NCBI GenBank assembly: GCA_021108295.1
Contig: JAIORF010000102.1
Span: 295,963 to 359,962, forward strand
DNA from: a bacterium
Lineage (GTDB): Bacteria > Patescibacteriota > Dojkabacteria > SC72
Length of the DNA stretch: 64,000 nt
Reading direction: 5' to 3'
Part shown: positions 41,246-50,683 of the stretch, one piece after another
Layout: each line of letters begins with the position of its first letter
Numbering within the stretch: position 1 is the first letter of the stretch
Translations under genes and position numbers: made by a program
Notes under the pieces: generated by a model
Database searches by the model: none
Seen by the model: the letters and a program-made list of their open reading frames with translations, nothing else
What the model was told of the DNA's origin: nothing

Positions 41246-42884
41246 CCCTATTAAGATCCATCCCTGTCATAATATCTGGAAGAGTAGCACCCATACTACT
41301 TAATGCTGTAGGAGCTATATCCGCAAGAATACCTGTAGGTTTAGCACTATCCCCAGTACCTATCTTCACAACATCCCTACCATCCTTGCCCTCTACCTGA
41401 TCCATACTTTCAATTATTGTAAATGGTACTGGATTATTCGTATGGGCCCTATGAATCTCTTTGGTAGTACGATCTATCATCGTCTCACAATTCCCGTGAT
41501 CAGCAGTAATCATCACAGAACCTCCCACACTTAATGTTGCCCTAGCTATATCTGCTGTACAACTATCTGTTATCTCATTGGCTTTAATCGTTGCTCTAAA
41601 ATCCCCCGTATGACCCAACATATCAGGATTTGCGAAATTCACCAACACAAAACCATAGTTATACTTCGCATTATTCTTAATCCTATTAACAGTCTCATCC
41701 CTAATTATCAAAGCACTCATTTCGGGAGTCTCGGCATAGGTATTTACACGAGGAGAAGGAATATTGAAAAAATCTTCACCCACATGTTCCTTCTCTACAC
41801 CACCATTAAAGAAATATGTCACATGCATATGCTTTTCTGTCTCAGACACATGTAATTGATTAATTCCATTATCTGCAAGATATTGAGCCAAAGAGAGTTT
41901 AACTTTGTTTGGTGGGAATATTACCTTAGCAGGAAGTCCCTCTTCATATCCTGTCATAGTTACAAAACAGATATTCTCAGGAAAAGACCTTCTAGGAAAA
42001 TGCGTCCAATCTTTCAAAACAAATGACTTAGTTATCTGCCTAGCCCTATCCTCTCTGAAATTCCAAAAAAGTATAGCATCCCCAGTCTCTACCTTACCTA
42101 CTGGTTTTCCCCTTCCATCTACAGCTACTGTAGGTAAAAGAAACTGATCAGTGACACCCTTCTTGTAAGAATCTTGCACAGCCTTTATCGGATCAACAAA
42201 AGTACTACCTGAAAGACCTACCATAGCGTCATATGCTAGCTTTGTCCTCTCCCAACGACTATCCCTATCCATCCCATAAAACCTCCCCTGCAAAGAAGCA
42301 ATATGACCAACACCAAGATCTTCCATCTTCTTTTTAAGCTTAGTCAAATACCAATACCCGTCAGTTGCAGGAGTATCCCGCCCATCAAGGATCACGTGAA
42401 CATATGGATCTACACCACGAGTCTTACAAAGTTCAAGAAGTGAGAACAAATGCTTAATATGGCCATGTACACCAGCAGCACTCAATATCCCCACTAGATG
42501 CAATCGAGAATTATTCTCCTTCATATGCTTAAACATATCTTTTACAGCGTCATTATTATCCAACTCATGATGAGCAAGAGCCTCATTAATTCTAGGCAAT
42601 GACTGATACACAACCTGACCCGCACCCATATTCAAGTGCCCAACCTCACTATTGCCTACAACCTCACTAGGTAGACCTACATGTGTACCGGATGCATGAA
42701 TTAGAGTAGATTTCCCATTGGTCCAAGCTGTATCCAAAAACGGAGTCTTAGCTGTAAGCACAGCATTTCCCATTTTATCTGGATGAACTCCAAAACCATC
42801 AAGGATGATTAATGTAACCAGCTTCTCAGCCCCCACATTACCTCCACTCTCTTTTATCTTTTGTTTATTAAAAAGTCCAAACAT
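41238..42884 (-). CDS. gpmI: 2,3-bisphosphoglycerate-independent phosphoglycerate mutase (copy 2)
   Basis: LIILDGFGV, GNSEVGHLNMGAGQVV, DGRDTP, ADHGNCE motifs. Start trimmed to MFGLFNKQK (42882-42884). The longer Cys-rich N-terminal ORF overlaps prfB and is not credible. Confidence 0.8.
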   Translation of the reverse strand: MFGLFNKQKIKESGGNVGAEKLVTLIILDGFGVHPDKMGNAVLTAKTPFLDTAWTNGKSTLIHASGTHVGLPSEVVGNSEVGHLNMGAGQVVYQSLPRINEALAHHELDNNDAVKDMFKHMKENNSRLHLVGILSAAGVHGHIKHLFSLLELCKTRGVDPYVHVILDGRDTPATDGYWYLTKLKKKMEDLGVGHIASLQGRFYGMDRDSRWERTKLAYDAMVGLSGSTFVDPIKAVQDSYKKGVTDQFLLPTVAVDGRGKPVGKVETGDAILFWNFREDRARQITKSFVLKDWTHFPRRSFPENICFVTMTGYEEGLPAKVIFPPNKVKLSLAQYLADNGINQLHVSETEKHMHVTYFFNGGVEKEHVGEDFFNIPSPRVNTYAETPEMSALIIRDETVNRIKNNAKYNYGFVLVNFANPDMLGHTGDFRATIKANEITDSCTADIARATLSVGGSVMITADHGNCETMIDRTTKEIHRAHTNNPVPFTIIESMDQVEGKDGRDVVKIGTGDSAKPTGILADIAPTALSSMGATLPDIMTGMDLNRVI

Positions 42885-42924
42885 ACTATGATATACATAT
42901 TTACATAGTATATAATAGATTGCA

Positions 42925-44001
42925 ATGAATACCCTCACAAAAAAAGATTTAGAAAACACAAAAAGACTTCTTGAATCAATCATTAACTCACTGAAACTCA
43001 CTGAGAAAGAACAAAAACTTAAAGAATTAGAAAAGGACTCCTTGAAGACCGACTTCTGGTCAGACAATGTACAAGCACAAAACACCATGAAGCAAATAGA
43101 AAGCATACGCAAAGAAAAAGACACATCAACTACACTCACCAACGACATTGATTCACTAATTGAATTGTATGAGATAGAAGAGAATAAAGAACAACTAACA
43201 GAAGAATACAACAATATCCATAGTAGAATAAAAGACTTTGAGAAACTTAAATTCCTCTCAGGCAAATATGACAACAACAATATTCTACTAAGTATTCATG
43301 CAGGACAAGGAGGAACTGAATCCAATGACTGGGCTTCTATGCTTCTTCGAATGTACCAAATGTATTGTGATAAAAAAGGTTGGAAATATGAGATAGAAAA
43401 TGCAGTAAGTGGAACTGAAACTGGAATATCTAGTATTACAATGAGAATTACTGGAGAATATGTATATGGACTACTCAAGGAAGAACACGGTACACACAGA
43501 CTTGTAAGAATTTCTCCCTTTAATGCACAGGGCTTGAGACAAACCACATTCGCTGGAGTTGAGATAATACCAATACTTGAAAAGATAGACACCGACATAG
43601 AAATACCTGAAAACGATATAGAGTTTAAAGCTGTAAGAGCTAGTGGACCAGGAGGACAGAAAGTAAACAAAACCTCCTCTGCTGTACAAATTACACATAC
43701 ACCTACAGGAATTACAGTTCACTCCTCTACACAAAGAAACCAACTACAAAACAGAGAGAATGCAATGAACCTACTCAAATCAAAACTTGCAAAGATTCTA
43801 GAAGAAGAAAGAATAGAAGAAATAGATCAAATTAAAGGCAATTACAAACAAGCAAGTTGGGGTAATCAGATACGAAACTATGTACTACACCCATATAAAT
43901 TGGTGAAAGATTTAAGAACAAACATTGAAAGTAGTAATCCCCAATTTATACTAGATGGCAATCTTGATGAATTTGTTGAAGCGCAACTAAGAATACAGTA
44001 G
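42925..44001 (+). CDS. prfB: peptide chain release factor 2 (uninterrupted ORF, no programmed frameshift)
   Basis: SPF tripeptide motif (RISPFNAQGLRQTTFAG) and GGQ (SGPGGQKVNKTSS). Confidence 0.85.
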   Translation: MNTLTKKDLENTKRLLESIINSLKLTEKEQKLKELEKDSLKTDFWSDNVQAQNTMKQIESIRKEKDTSTTLTNDIDSLIELYEIEENKEQLTEEYNNIHSRIKDFEKLKFLSGKYDNNNILLSIHAGQGGTESNDWASMLLRMYQMYCDKKGWKYEIENAVSGTETGISSITMRITGEYVYGLLKEEHGTHRLVRISPFNAQGLRQTTFAGVEIIPILEKIDTDIEIPENDIEFKAVRASGPGGQKVNKTSSAVQITHTPTGITVHSSTQRNQLQNRENAMNLLKSKLAKILEEERIEEIDQIKGNYKQASWGNQIRNYVLHPYKLVKDLRTNIESSNPQFILDGNLDEFVEAQLRIQ

Positions 44002-44030
44002 TATATATAAAGTAAATTAATACTGCTCAA

Positions 44031-44966
44031 TTGCTCATGATCAAATTTGATTCCGTTACCAAAAGATACAACCAGCACATTATCGCTCTGGAAAACGTAT
44101 GCTTTGAGCTTGATCAAGGAGACTTCTGCTACATTACAGGCCCTTCAGGTGCTGGGAAGTCTACAATACTTAAACTTCTCATCAAAGAGGAAACTCCTAC
44201 CTCAGGCAATATCTTCTACGAAGATATTGAAGTTCCTAAAATTCCCCATACAATGCTTCCTTCTTACAGACAAAAGTTAGGTGTAGTATTTCAAGATATG
44301 AAATTACTCGACACACGCACACTTGAAGAGAATATTGCATTTGCCTTAGAAATACTAAATACACAACCACTAAAGATTAAGGACACTACGGACTACCTTC
44401 TAGAATTAGTAAATCTTGAGGATAGACGCAACCTACTACCTACCCAGCTATCAGGAGGAGAACAACAAAGAGGAGCAATAGCTAGAGCACTCGCAAGTAA
44501 CCCTTCCCTATTTATTGCAGATGAACCTACGGGGAATTTAGATAAAGACAATTCCCTTATGATTCTAGATATACTGAAGAAAATAAACCAATCAGGAACT
44601 ACAGTCATAGTAATTACTCACGACATGGGATTAGTTGACACATCTAATGGCTCCTCACGAAAAATTCATTTAGAAAAGGGAAAGGTTGCTTCAGACAGTC
44701 AACCACAAAAGAAGAAATCTCCAAAACCAACTGTCAAGAAAGTAAAGAAGAATACAAAGACCAAGATGGACTCACAACTTTCTTCACTCAGTAAAGGACT
44801 AGTTGCGAAATTAGAAAAAAGTGCTATTTATTCAAATGAGATACTACTCAGTCTAACTCAGAAAGACCTTAAAACTCTCAAGCTTTCAAGAAAAGAAGGT
44901 AAGGAGTTAGAAAAATATATTAAAAATTACTTAAGTAAGAAACAAAATGAAACAAAAGGTAACTAA
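44031..44966 (+). CDS. ftsE: cell division ATP-binding protein FtsE with ~90-aa Lys-rich C-terminal extension
   Basis: Walker A GPSGAGKST, ABC signature LSGGEQQRGAIARAL, Walker B FIADEPTGNLD. Confidence 0.85.
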   Translation: MLMIKFDSVTKRYNQHIIALENVCFELDQGDFCYITGPSGAGKSTILKLLIKEETPTSGNIFYEDIEVPKIPHTMLPSYRQKLGVVFQDMKLLDTRTLEENIAFALEILNTQPLKIKDTTDYLLELVNLEDRRNLLPTQLSGGEQQRGAIARALASNPSLFIADEPTGNLDKDNSLMILDILKKINQSGTTVIVITHDMGLVDTSNGSSRKIHLEKGKVASDSQPQKKKSPKPTVKKVKKNTKTKMDSQLSSLSKGLVAKLEKSAIYSNEILLSLTQKDLKTLKLSRKEGKELEKYIKNYLSKKQNETKGN

Positions 44967-45855
44967 ACCAAGAAGAAACAAATGGTTCACACTATCTACA
45001 ATATTTGTAACTGCCATTGTATTTACAATCTCATCTTTCTTTATCAGTCTTGCCATAATTGGGAAGAGGGCTGTTAACTACTACGAACAAAAAGCTCAAG
45101 TCATTATCTTTTTTGATAAAGAAACTCCTCAGGAGGAAATCTTTGCTGTAAGAGACAAGATAGATGATCCAGAGCTAATAGAATCTATAGACTATCTCTC
45201 ACAAGAGGATGCTCTAGTAATTTATCAAGAAGACTTTGCAGACAGTCCTGACCTAATCTCTACAATTACAGCTGATGCACTACCTCCTAGTTTAGAGGTC
45301 AGAGCAGTCTCTATTGACTCTCTTCTTGAAGTAATTGAGATGATAAATCTGGAAAAAGATACCAATGTATATATTGATGATGTCATGTATTTCAAAGATG
45401 TCGTTGATAATATGAAAACACTCTCTGGCATTATCAATGTCGGTGCAATCGTCGTAATCAGTGCCTTGACACTAATTACATTCTTTCTAATCAGAGTAAC
45501 TACTGGCTTAAATATTAAACTTCACCAAGAGGAAATTAAGATAATGCATCTAGTAGGTGGTACTGACTCCTTTATCAAAACCCCATTCCTAGTGGAAGGA
45601 GCACTCTACGGTCTCCTTGGTGGTCTCCTAGCTTCATCTTTAATACTAATCCCATGGTATCTAATCGTCTTCTACTCACAAGGCGCAGACTTTTGGTACT
45701 GGATATCACAACTTCTAGTGGATTTCGACTTACAATTCTTAAATGAATTCAACCCACTCTTTATTCTGGTATACTATATTATACACATTAGCACTGGTGT
45801 ACTTCTCGGTGTAATTAGTAGCTACAGTGCAGTACATAAATATCTTAATAATTAA
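44947..45855 (+). CDS. ftsX: cell division permease FtsX
   Basis: N-terminal TM, periplasmic loop, three C-terminal TMs. 20-nt overlap with ftsE. Confidence 0.8.
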   Translation: MKQKVTKPRRNKWFTLSTIFVTAIVFTISSFFISLAIIGKRAVNYYEQKAQVIIFFDKETPQEEIFAVRDKIDDPELIESIDYLSQEDALVIYQEDFADSPDLISTITADALPPSLEVRAVSIDSLLEVIEMINLEKDTNVYIDDVMYFKDVVDNMKTLSGIINVGAIVVISALTLITFFLIRVTTGLNIKLHQEEIKIMHLVGGTDSFIKTPFLVEGALYGLLGGLLASSLILIPWYLIVFYSQGADFWYWISQLLVDFDLQFLNEFNPLFILVYYIIHISTGVLLGVISSYSAVHKYLNN

Positions 45856-45858
45856 CAA

Positions 45859-47151
45859 ATGAGACTTAGAATAAAGAAAAATAAAACATACCTTCTCTTT
45901 TTACTAATTCCGGCCCTCATCCTCATACTCCTCTTCTCACAAAGGAATGACATTCTCGCAGAGGAGACTCTTTGTCCATCATATATTGATCCTGATTCCA
46001 TAGAATGTTTAGATTACCTAAGAGATCAGTTGAGTGACATTAATAGTTCCAATAGCAATATTCAAGGCCAACTTGAAGACGAAGCATACAAACAACTCTC
46101 TCTTCAAGGAAAGATTGAATATATTGACGAACAAATTGCACAGACAGAGTTGGCAATTCAAAGTGCAGAGCTTGAAATAGCGGCATTCAATATTGAGATT
46201 AAGATAATGGAAGATAGCATAGGAGAGATAGAAGATGATATCGCATTGAGTATGCAAGAAATTAATCAAATGGAAAAGTCTGTTAATCTTCGTCTTACAG
46301 AGTCTTACAAATACACCTTCATAGGCCCTCTTGAGATCTTCCTTAATAGTTCAAACTTAGATCATATTCTAAGAAAGACAAAGTACCTACTTATTACAAA
46401 AGACCAAGATGTTGAACAATTAACAATATTAAGTGATAAAGAAGCAATTCTTCTTTCTGAAGAGGAAGAGCTTTCTCTACAGAGCGCTGCATTACAACAA
46501 GTACGAAATGATTTAGAGTCTGAACAAAAAGAAATCTTGGTACAAAGAATGGAACTCAATGAACAAAAGGACGAAAAAGCATATCTCCTATCAGAATCCA
46601 TTAAGAAAGAGGAGGCACTACTAGCATCGTGGGATGCCAACAGAATAAAACAGGGACTACTTGACGAAGCAGTTATGCAATATATCGCGGAACATGGTGA
46701 TGAGATGGCTGATTACGGATGGGTAAGTACTGGGGACTGGATTGGTAACTTGGGAGGTTTGGCAAATGGGTGTAGTACAGGACCACACATCCACTTCTCA
46801 ATTGATTACATGAATTCAGGATACTATCATGGCTATGGTCAGATAGACCCATGGGGTGGATATCTCACAAAGGGACCCGATTGGTGGACCATATGGGGTG
46901 GCTGGAAATATTACTATATCAGAAGTAATTCTCTTAGAGTACCTCTCTCTGGGATGGTTGTTCTTACACAAGACCATCACATTCTTCCTAGGAAGTCTAT
47001 CGATATTTATAGTTTGAACGGTTATGGTTCCCCTGTCTATGCTGCCATGTCTGGGAATCTATTCAAAGGTACAGATAGGTGTGGAGATACTTACGCCGTT
47101 ATCGAGAACTCTAGTACAGGCTTAAGGACTGCATATTTCCATCTTCAGTAG
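45859..47151 (+). CDS. EnvC/PcsB-like coiled-coil protein with M23 (LytM) peptidase motifs in apparently permuted order
   Basis: N-terminal TM, ~250 aa coiled coil. WVSTGDWIGNLGGLANGCSTGPHIHFSI comes first. HHILPRKSIDIYSLNGYGSPVYAAMSGNL...GDTYAVIENSSTGLRTAYFHLQ* comes last. Confidence 0.65.
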   Translation: MRLRIKKNKTYLLFLLIPALILILLFSQRNDILAEETLCPSYIDPDSIECLDYLRDQLSDINSSNSNIQGQLEDEAYKQLSLQGKIEYIDEQIAQTELAIQSAELEIAAFNIEIKIMEDSIGEIEDDIALSMQEINQMEKSVNLRLTESYKYTFIGPLEIFLNSSNLDHILRKTKYLLITKDQDVEQLTILSDKEAILLSEEEELSLQSAALQQVRNDLESEQKEILVQRMELNEQKDEKAYLLSESIKKEEALLASWDANRIKQGLLDEAVMQYIAEHGDEMADYGWVSTGDWIGNLGGLANGCSTGPHIHFSIDYMNSGYYHGYGQIDPWGGYLTKGPDWWTIWGGWKYYYIRSNSLRVPLSGMVVLTQDHHILPRKSIDIYSLNGYGSPVYAAMSGNLFKGTDRCGDTYAVIENSSTGLRTAYFHLQ

Positions 47152-47218
47152 TATTACCTTTGATAAGTATTCTTCTTTCTGCTAGACTATCTCATTATAA
47201 CTTCTAATAATTATCTAT

Positions 47219-48055
47219 ATGTCAAAAGCTAAGAGTAAGAAAAAGGTTACAAAAGCAAAATCTTCCCCAAAGAAAAGTCTTAAATCCTTCAAGATAAAGT
47301 TTGAGAAACCAACTTGGGCTGGAATTAAAGAAAGTAAAATTACAAGGTATTCACTTCTAGTTCTCGCAATACTTGTATGTTTTGTAATTGTCGACTTCGG
47401 TGTTCAATATCTTAATAATGATTACAGTGCTGTAGTTGTTAATGGAGTAAGAATATCAAGAAAGGAATATTACTACAGGCTAGACCAAGCATATGGTAGT
47501 TCAATTTCTGCACAGCTTATTCAAGAAGAGTTAGTAAGGCAAGAAGCACTCACAGAGAATGTAGTTGTATCTGAAGAGGAAGTACAGGAAGAGATAGATA
47601 AGATTGCAGAGCAACTTGGTGGTAGTGACCAGCTTGATATTTCCCTAGAGGCTTACAATTTAACCATTGAAGATCTTAAAGAGCAAATTAAGATTGATTT
47701 ATTGGCAAACAAGATACTAGAACCCGGTATTGAGTACAGCGAGGAGGATGTTAAAGCTTTCTTCGAGCAGTACAGCAATGTAATTTTCGCAGAAGAAGCT
47801 TCCGCTTTAGAAGAGGGAGAACTTCTTGATTACGACACCTTCAGAGAGAAGACTTTAGAGATATATCTTCAGCAAGAGGTTGAGAGTGCAAAATCTACAT
47901 GGTTAATGGAATTAGAGGGTAGTGCAAAGATACAAAACAATGCAGTAGATCGTCCTGAGTACGAGATACTGGGTGCTACTAGAAATATTGTAACCAATAT
48001 TATAGATGAGGCTAATACCAACAACGAGATTAAGGAAGTCATAATAGAGGAATAG
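47219..48055 (+). CDS. SurA-N-domain-like periplasmic chaperone-like protein (no PPIase domain)
   Basis: Lys-rich N-terminus plus TM. SurA_N-like VVNGVRISRKEYYYRL... Confidence 0.4.
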   Translation: MSKAKSKKKVTKAKSSPKKSLKSFKIKFEKPTWAGIKESKITRYSLLVLAILVCFVIVDFGVQYLNNDYSAVVVNGVRISRKEYYYRLDQAYGSSISAQLIQEELVRQEALTENVVVSEEEVQEEIDKIAEQLGGSDQLDISLEAYNLTIEDLKEQIKIDLLANKILEPGIEYSEEDVKAFFEQYSNVIFAEEASALEEGELLDYDTFREKTLEIYLQQEVESAKSTWLMELEGSAKIQNNAVDRPEYEILGATRNIVTNIIDEANTNNEIKEVIIEE

Positions 48056-48103
48056 GTAGATGTTTTAGAATGTAAAGAGGGGGCATATGCCCCCTTTTGT
48101 TTT

Positions 48104-48688
48104 TTACTTAGGTTCTACCAACCCATATCCACCCTGCTCTCTCTTGTAAACCATTGATAGTTTACCAGTAACCCTACTCGTAAAGAGTAGTTGGTTGTAT
48201 CCTGATAGCTCCATTCTCTCTATTGCTTCTCCTTCTTCTATTGGAGATGTGTCTGTAATCTGTTTTCTAGTTGCAATTTGAGGTATGTATGCGTAGTAAT
48301 CTTCTATTTCTTCTTCATCTTCTATCTCCTTAATTGATCGCTGAGCTTCTAATATTTTCCATGATTCTTTTCCTTCCCAGAAGGTTTTCTTGTCTTGGTA
48401 TCTTTTAAGTCGTCTTGCTAATACATCCGTAGCTTTATCAATATTTTTATACATATCTGCCCCTATGTGTTCTACTCTTACTTTAGCTTTAGGAAGAAAT
48501 ATATTTATATCAACACGAAAGTTATCCTTTACACCTCTCCTATTAATATTTTCTTTGAGAAACACCTCTATACTCGTAGCTCTTTTCCAGAGGTCTTTGT
48601 ACTTAGAAATCTTCTCTCTACAGTACTCCTTTAGGGGTTCGGTTGGTTCCATACCGATAAAGGTTATTTGTATATCTTTGGAGGTCAT
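48104..48688 (-). CDS. hpf: ribosome hibernation promoting factor (long form)
   Basis: N-terminal RaiA/HPF fold (IQITFIGMEPTEPLKEYCREKISKY...DMYKNIDKATDVLARRLKRY). C-terminal dimerisation domain ...LLFTSRVTGKLSMVYKREQGGYGLVEP. Confidence 0.8.
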   Translation of the reverse strand: MTSKDIQITFIGMEPTEPLKEYCREKISKYKDLWKRATSIEVFLKENINRRGVKDNFRVDINIFLPKAKVRVEHIGADMYKNIDKATDVLARRLKRYQDKKTFWEGKESWKILEAQRSIKEIEDEEEIEDYYAYIPQIATRKQITDTSPIEEGEAIERMELSGYNQLLFTSRVTGKLSMVYKREQGGYGLVEPK

Positions 48689-48774
48689 TGTAAGCGTACG
48701 TTACAATTTATATATATTACATTATACATAATAGTTGATAAAATAGAATAGGGAATATATAATCACAGTAGTAA

Positions 48775-48846
48775 TCCGCGATAGCTCAATGGTAGAGCAA
48801 CTGACTGTTAATCAGTGGGTTGTAGGTTCGAGTCCTACTCGCGGAG
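48775..48846 (+). tRNA. tRNA-Asn (anticodon GUU)
   Basis: TCCGCGA...ACTGA-CTGTTAA-TCAGT...TCGCGGA-G. No CCA encoded. Confidence 0.8.
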
Positions 48847-49054
48847 TATTATTTAGAGTATATATACCCCCTTTTAGAGTATCAAAGAAAACGGGCCCAA
48901 TATCTTGTGTTCTCCAATAAAACGGAGAAAAAGATATCAGGCCCTAAAGCATTTTTTAAATATGTTTTTCTTTTTCAAGAAAACCTCCTTTGAGTGCCTC
49001 CTAATGGAAGCAAGGCACTCTTGGTTTAAGCTAGATCTTTTTAAAAGATCTACT

Positions 49055-50683
49055 TTACTCCTGTAGGCTATCTAGCCATTCGCAAAGTCCGAAGACTTCA
49101 CAGGAGCTGTCATACCAATTCCCCGCTGTTTCAACCCCTGAACATGGGTTGGAGAAGATCATTTTGGCTCCTAGGCGTTTACCTAGCTCCCAGGTTTGTG
49201 GTTCACAGCCATAAGCACACTTCTCAGCCAGTTCTTTCTCTGTGTAGAAGTGGTCTTTGGGAGCTTCCAGTTGGCAGATTGTGGTCCAGTTATCATGATC
49301 CGAACCTAGCCGGCGAAACAAATGCATCCACCGATCCGTTCTTACCGGAATACATGGTTCGCATTCCGCACGTTCGGGCCAAAGGACTATTTCTCCACTG
49401 AGAAACAATTCCGCTACCTCAAGGAAGTTTTCCTTTTCCCAAACGAAAGTATCGCATTCTCTTGACACTTCTTGGGTGTCAATGTATTTCACGTCACAGA
49501 CATAAGCCTTAAAACAATCTGAAAGATCTATTCGACCCTCAGATCCCTCTTGAGTCTTGGTTACTTCCCTACTACCAGGATCACTCCCCTCATCAGTGTC
49601 GCAGACGTGTGCCGTAAACTCGGAGTCTACAAACTCTTGAGTCCAGTCTCTGGCAGTTACCTGCGTTCCATAGAGAGTAAAGGTACCATCGCCATTGTCA
49701 ATCCAGTCATCTTCCCAAACCGGATCACCAATATCATACCAATCGCCGTACTCTTTCCCCTGATCAATTGTTGTCTCACAGGTGGCCGTTCCGGTTTTGG
49801 TAACTTCCCGGCTTCCAGGATCACTCCCCTCATCAGTGTCGCAGACGTGTGCCGTAAACTCGGAGTCTACAAACTCTTGAGTCCAGTCTCTGGCAGTTAC
49901 CTGCGTTCCATAGAGAGTAAAAGTTCCATCGCCATTGTCAACCCAGTTTTCTTCCCAGACCGGATCACCAATATCATACCAATCGCCGTACTCTTTCCCC
50001 TGATCAATTGTCGTCTCACAGGTGGGCGTCCTAGTTTCGGTTACTTCCCGGCTACCAGGATCGCTCCCCTCATCAGTGTCGCAAATATGAGTCTCGTCAT
50101 ATTTATCTACGACTTCCTGCGTCCAGTCCACAGCAGTGGCTTGGGTGCCGGTTTGGGTAAAAGTCCCATCACCGTTGTCGATCCAGTCATTATTCCATAC
50201 AGGATCTCCAACGTCGTACCACTCTCCGTACACCTTATCTAAGGTGACGGTTTCCGAACAAAGTACATAACACTTCTCCACCGTGAACGTATACTGTGTT
50301 GAAGTTGCCCTCAACACCCATCCCCAATTTAGAAACCCTATCCTCTTCCACTCATACACCACCGAATGGGTAGTGTGGACACCAGGAACAATATCTTCCA
50401 CTAATGTCTCCATGTGGATAGTGCCCCAGCCGGTATCGTCATCTACGACTTCACCGTCTACAAGGGTTTCTGACTTATAGAACCTGTTGTGTGAACCCAC
50501 CCATGTTGATTTTATGGTGGCTTCCTCACACACGTCAGTATTAGTTGACATCCCTTGAAAATGACATGCCAAAGGCCTGTCTACGGGCATTGCTGCTACC
50601 GACTTAACGGAGAAACTTGAAAACCCAAGCACTCCCACTACCAGTAGTAATACTGCTGTTAATAGAACATTTTTCTTCTTCAT
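49055..50683 (-). CDS. secreted Cys-containing protein with three 80-aa tandem repeats
   Basis: Start moved to MKKKNVLL (ATG at 50681-50683, preceded by AAGGAAAG). Signal peptide present. Repeats TCETTIDQGKEYGDWYDIGDPVWE.NW.DNGDGTFT.YGTQVTARDWTQEFVD...CDTDEGSDPGSREVT x3. Cys-rich C-terminal domain. Confidence 0.6.
   Translation of the reverse strand: MKKKNVLLTAVLLLVVGVLGFSSFSVKSVAAMPVDRPLACHFQGMSTNTDVCEEATIKSTWVGSHNRFYKSETLVDGEVVDDDTGWGTIHMETLVEDIVPGVHTTHSVVYEWKRIGFLNWGWVLRATSTQYTFTVEKCYVLCSETVTLDKVYGEWYDVGDPVWNNDWIDNGDGTFTQTGTQATAVDWTQEVVDKYDETHICDTDEGSDPGSREVTETRTPTCETTIDQGKEYGDWYDIGDPVWEENWVDNGDGTFTLYGTQVTARDWTQEFVDSEFTAHVCDTDEGSDPGSREVTKTGTATCETTIDQGKEYGDWYDIGDPVWEDDWIDNGDGTFTLYGTQVTARDWTQEFVDSEFTAHVCDTDEGSDPGSREVTKTQEGSEGRIDLSDCFKAYVCDVKYIDTQEVSRECDTFVWEKENFLEVAELFLSGEIVLWPERAECEPCIPVRTDRWMHLFRRLGSDHDNWTTICQLEAPKDHFYTEKELAEKCAYGCEPQTWELGKRLGAKMIFSNPCSGVETAGNWYDSSCEVFGLCEWLDSLQE
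49559..50278. repeat. 3 x 240-bp tandem direct repeats (units 1 and 2 ~97% identical, unit 3 diverged) inside the secreted-protein gene
   Basis: Units begin with ggttacttccctactaccagg (49559), ggtaacttcccggcttccagg (49799) and ggttacttcccggctaccagg (50039). Confidence 0.8.

Noticed and set aside
41238-43280. 680-aa version of gpmI copy 2 with a Cys/Ser-rich 132-aa N-terminal extension
   Set aside because: The extension overlaps prfB on the opposite strand and has low-complexity composition. A conserved iPGM N-terminus begins at the internal ATG (42882-42884).
42925-44001. Programmed +1 frameshift site in prfB
   Set aside because: RF2 is encoded as a single uninterrupted 358-aa ORF with SPF and GGQ motifs. 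No in-frame UGA/CUUUGAC shift site is present, so no autoregulatory frameshift occurs here.
49550-50242. 230-aa plus-strand ORF with internal repeats
   Set aside because: It is the antisense image of the tandem repeats in the minus-strand secreted-protein gene. The minus frame has a signal peptide and an RBS.
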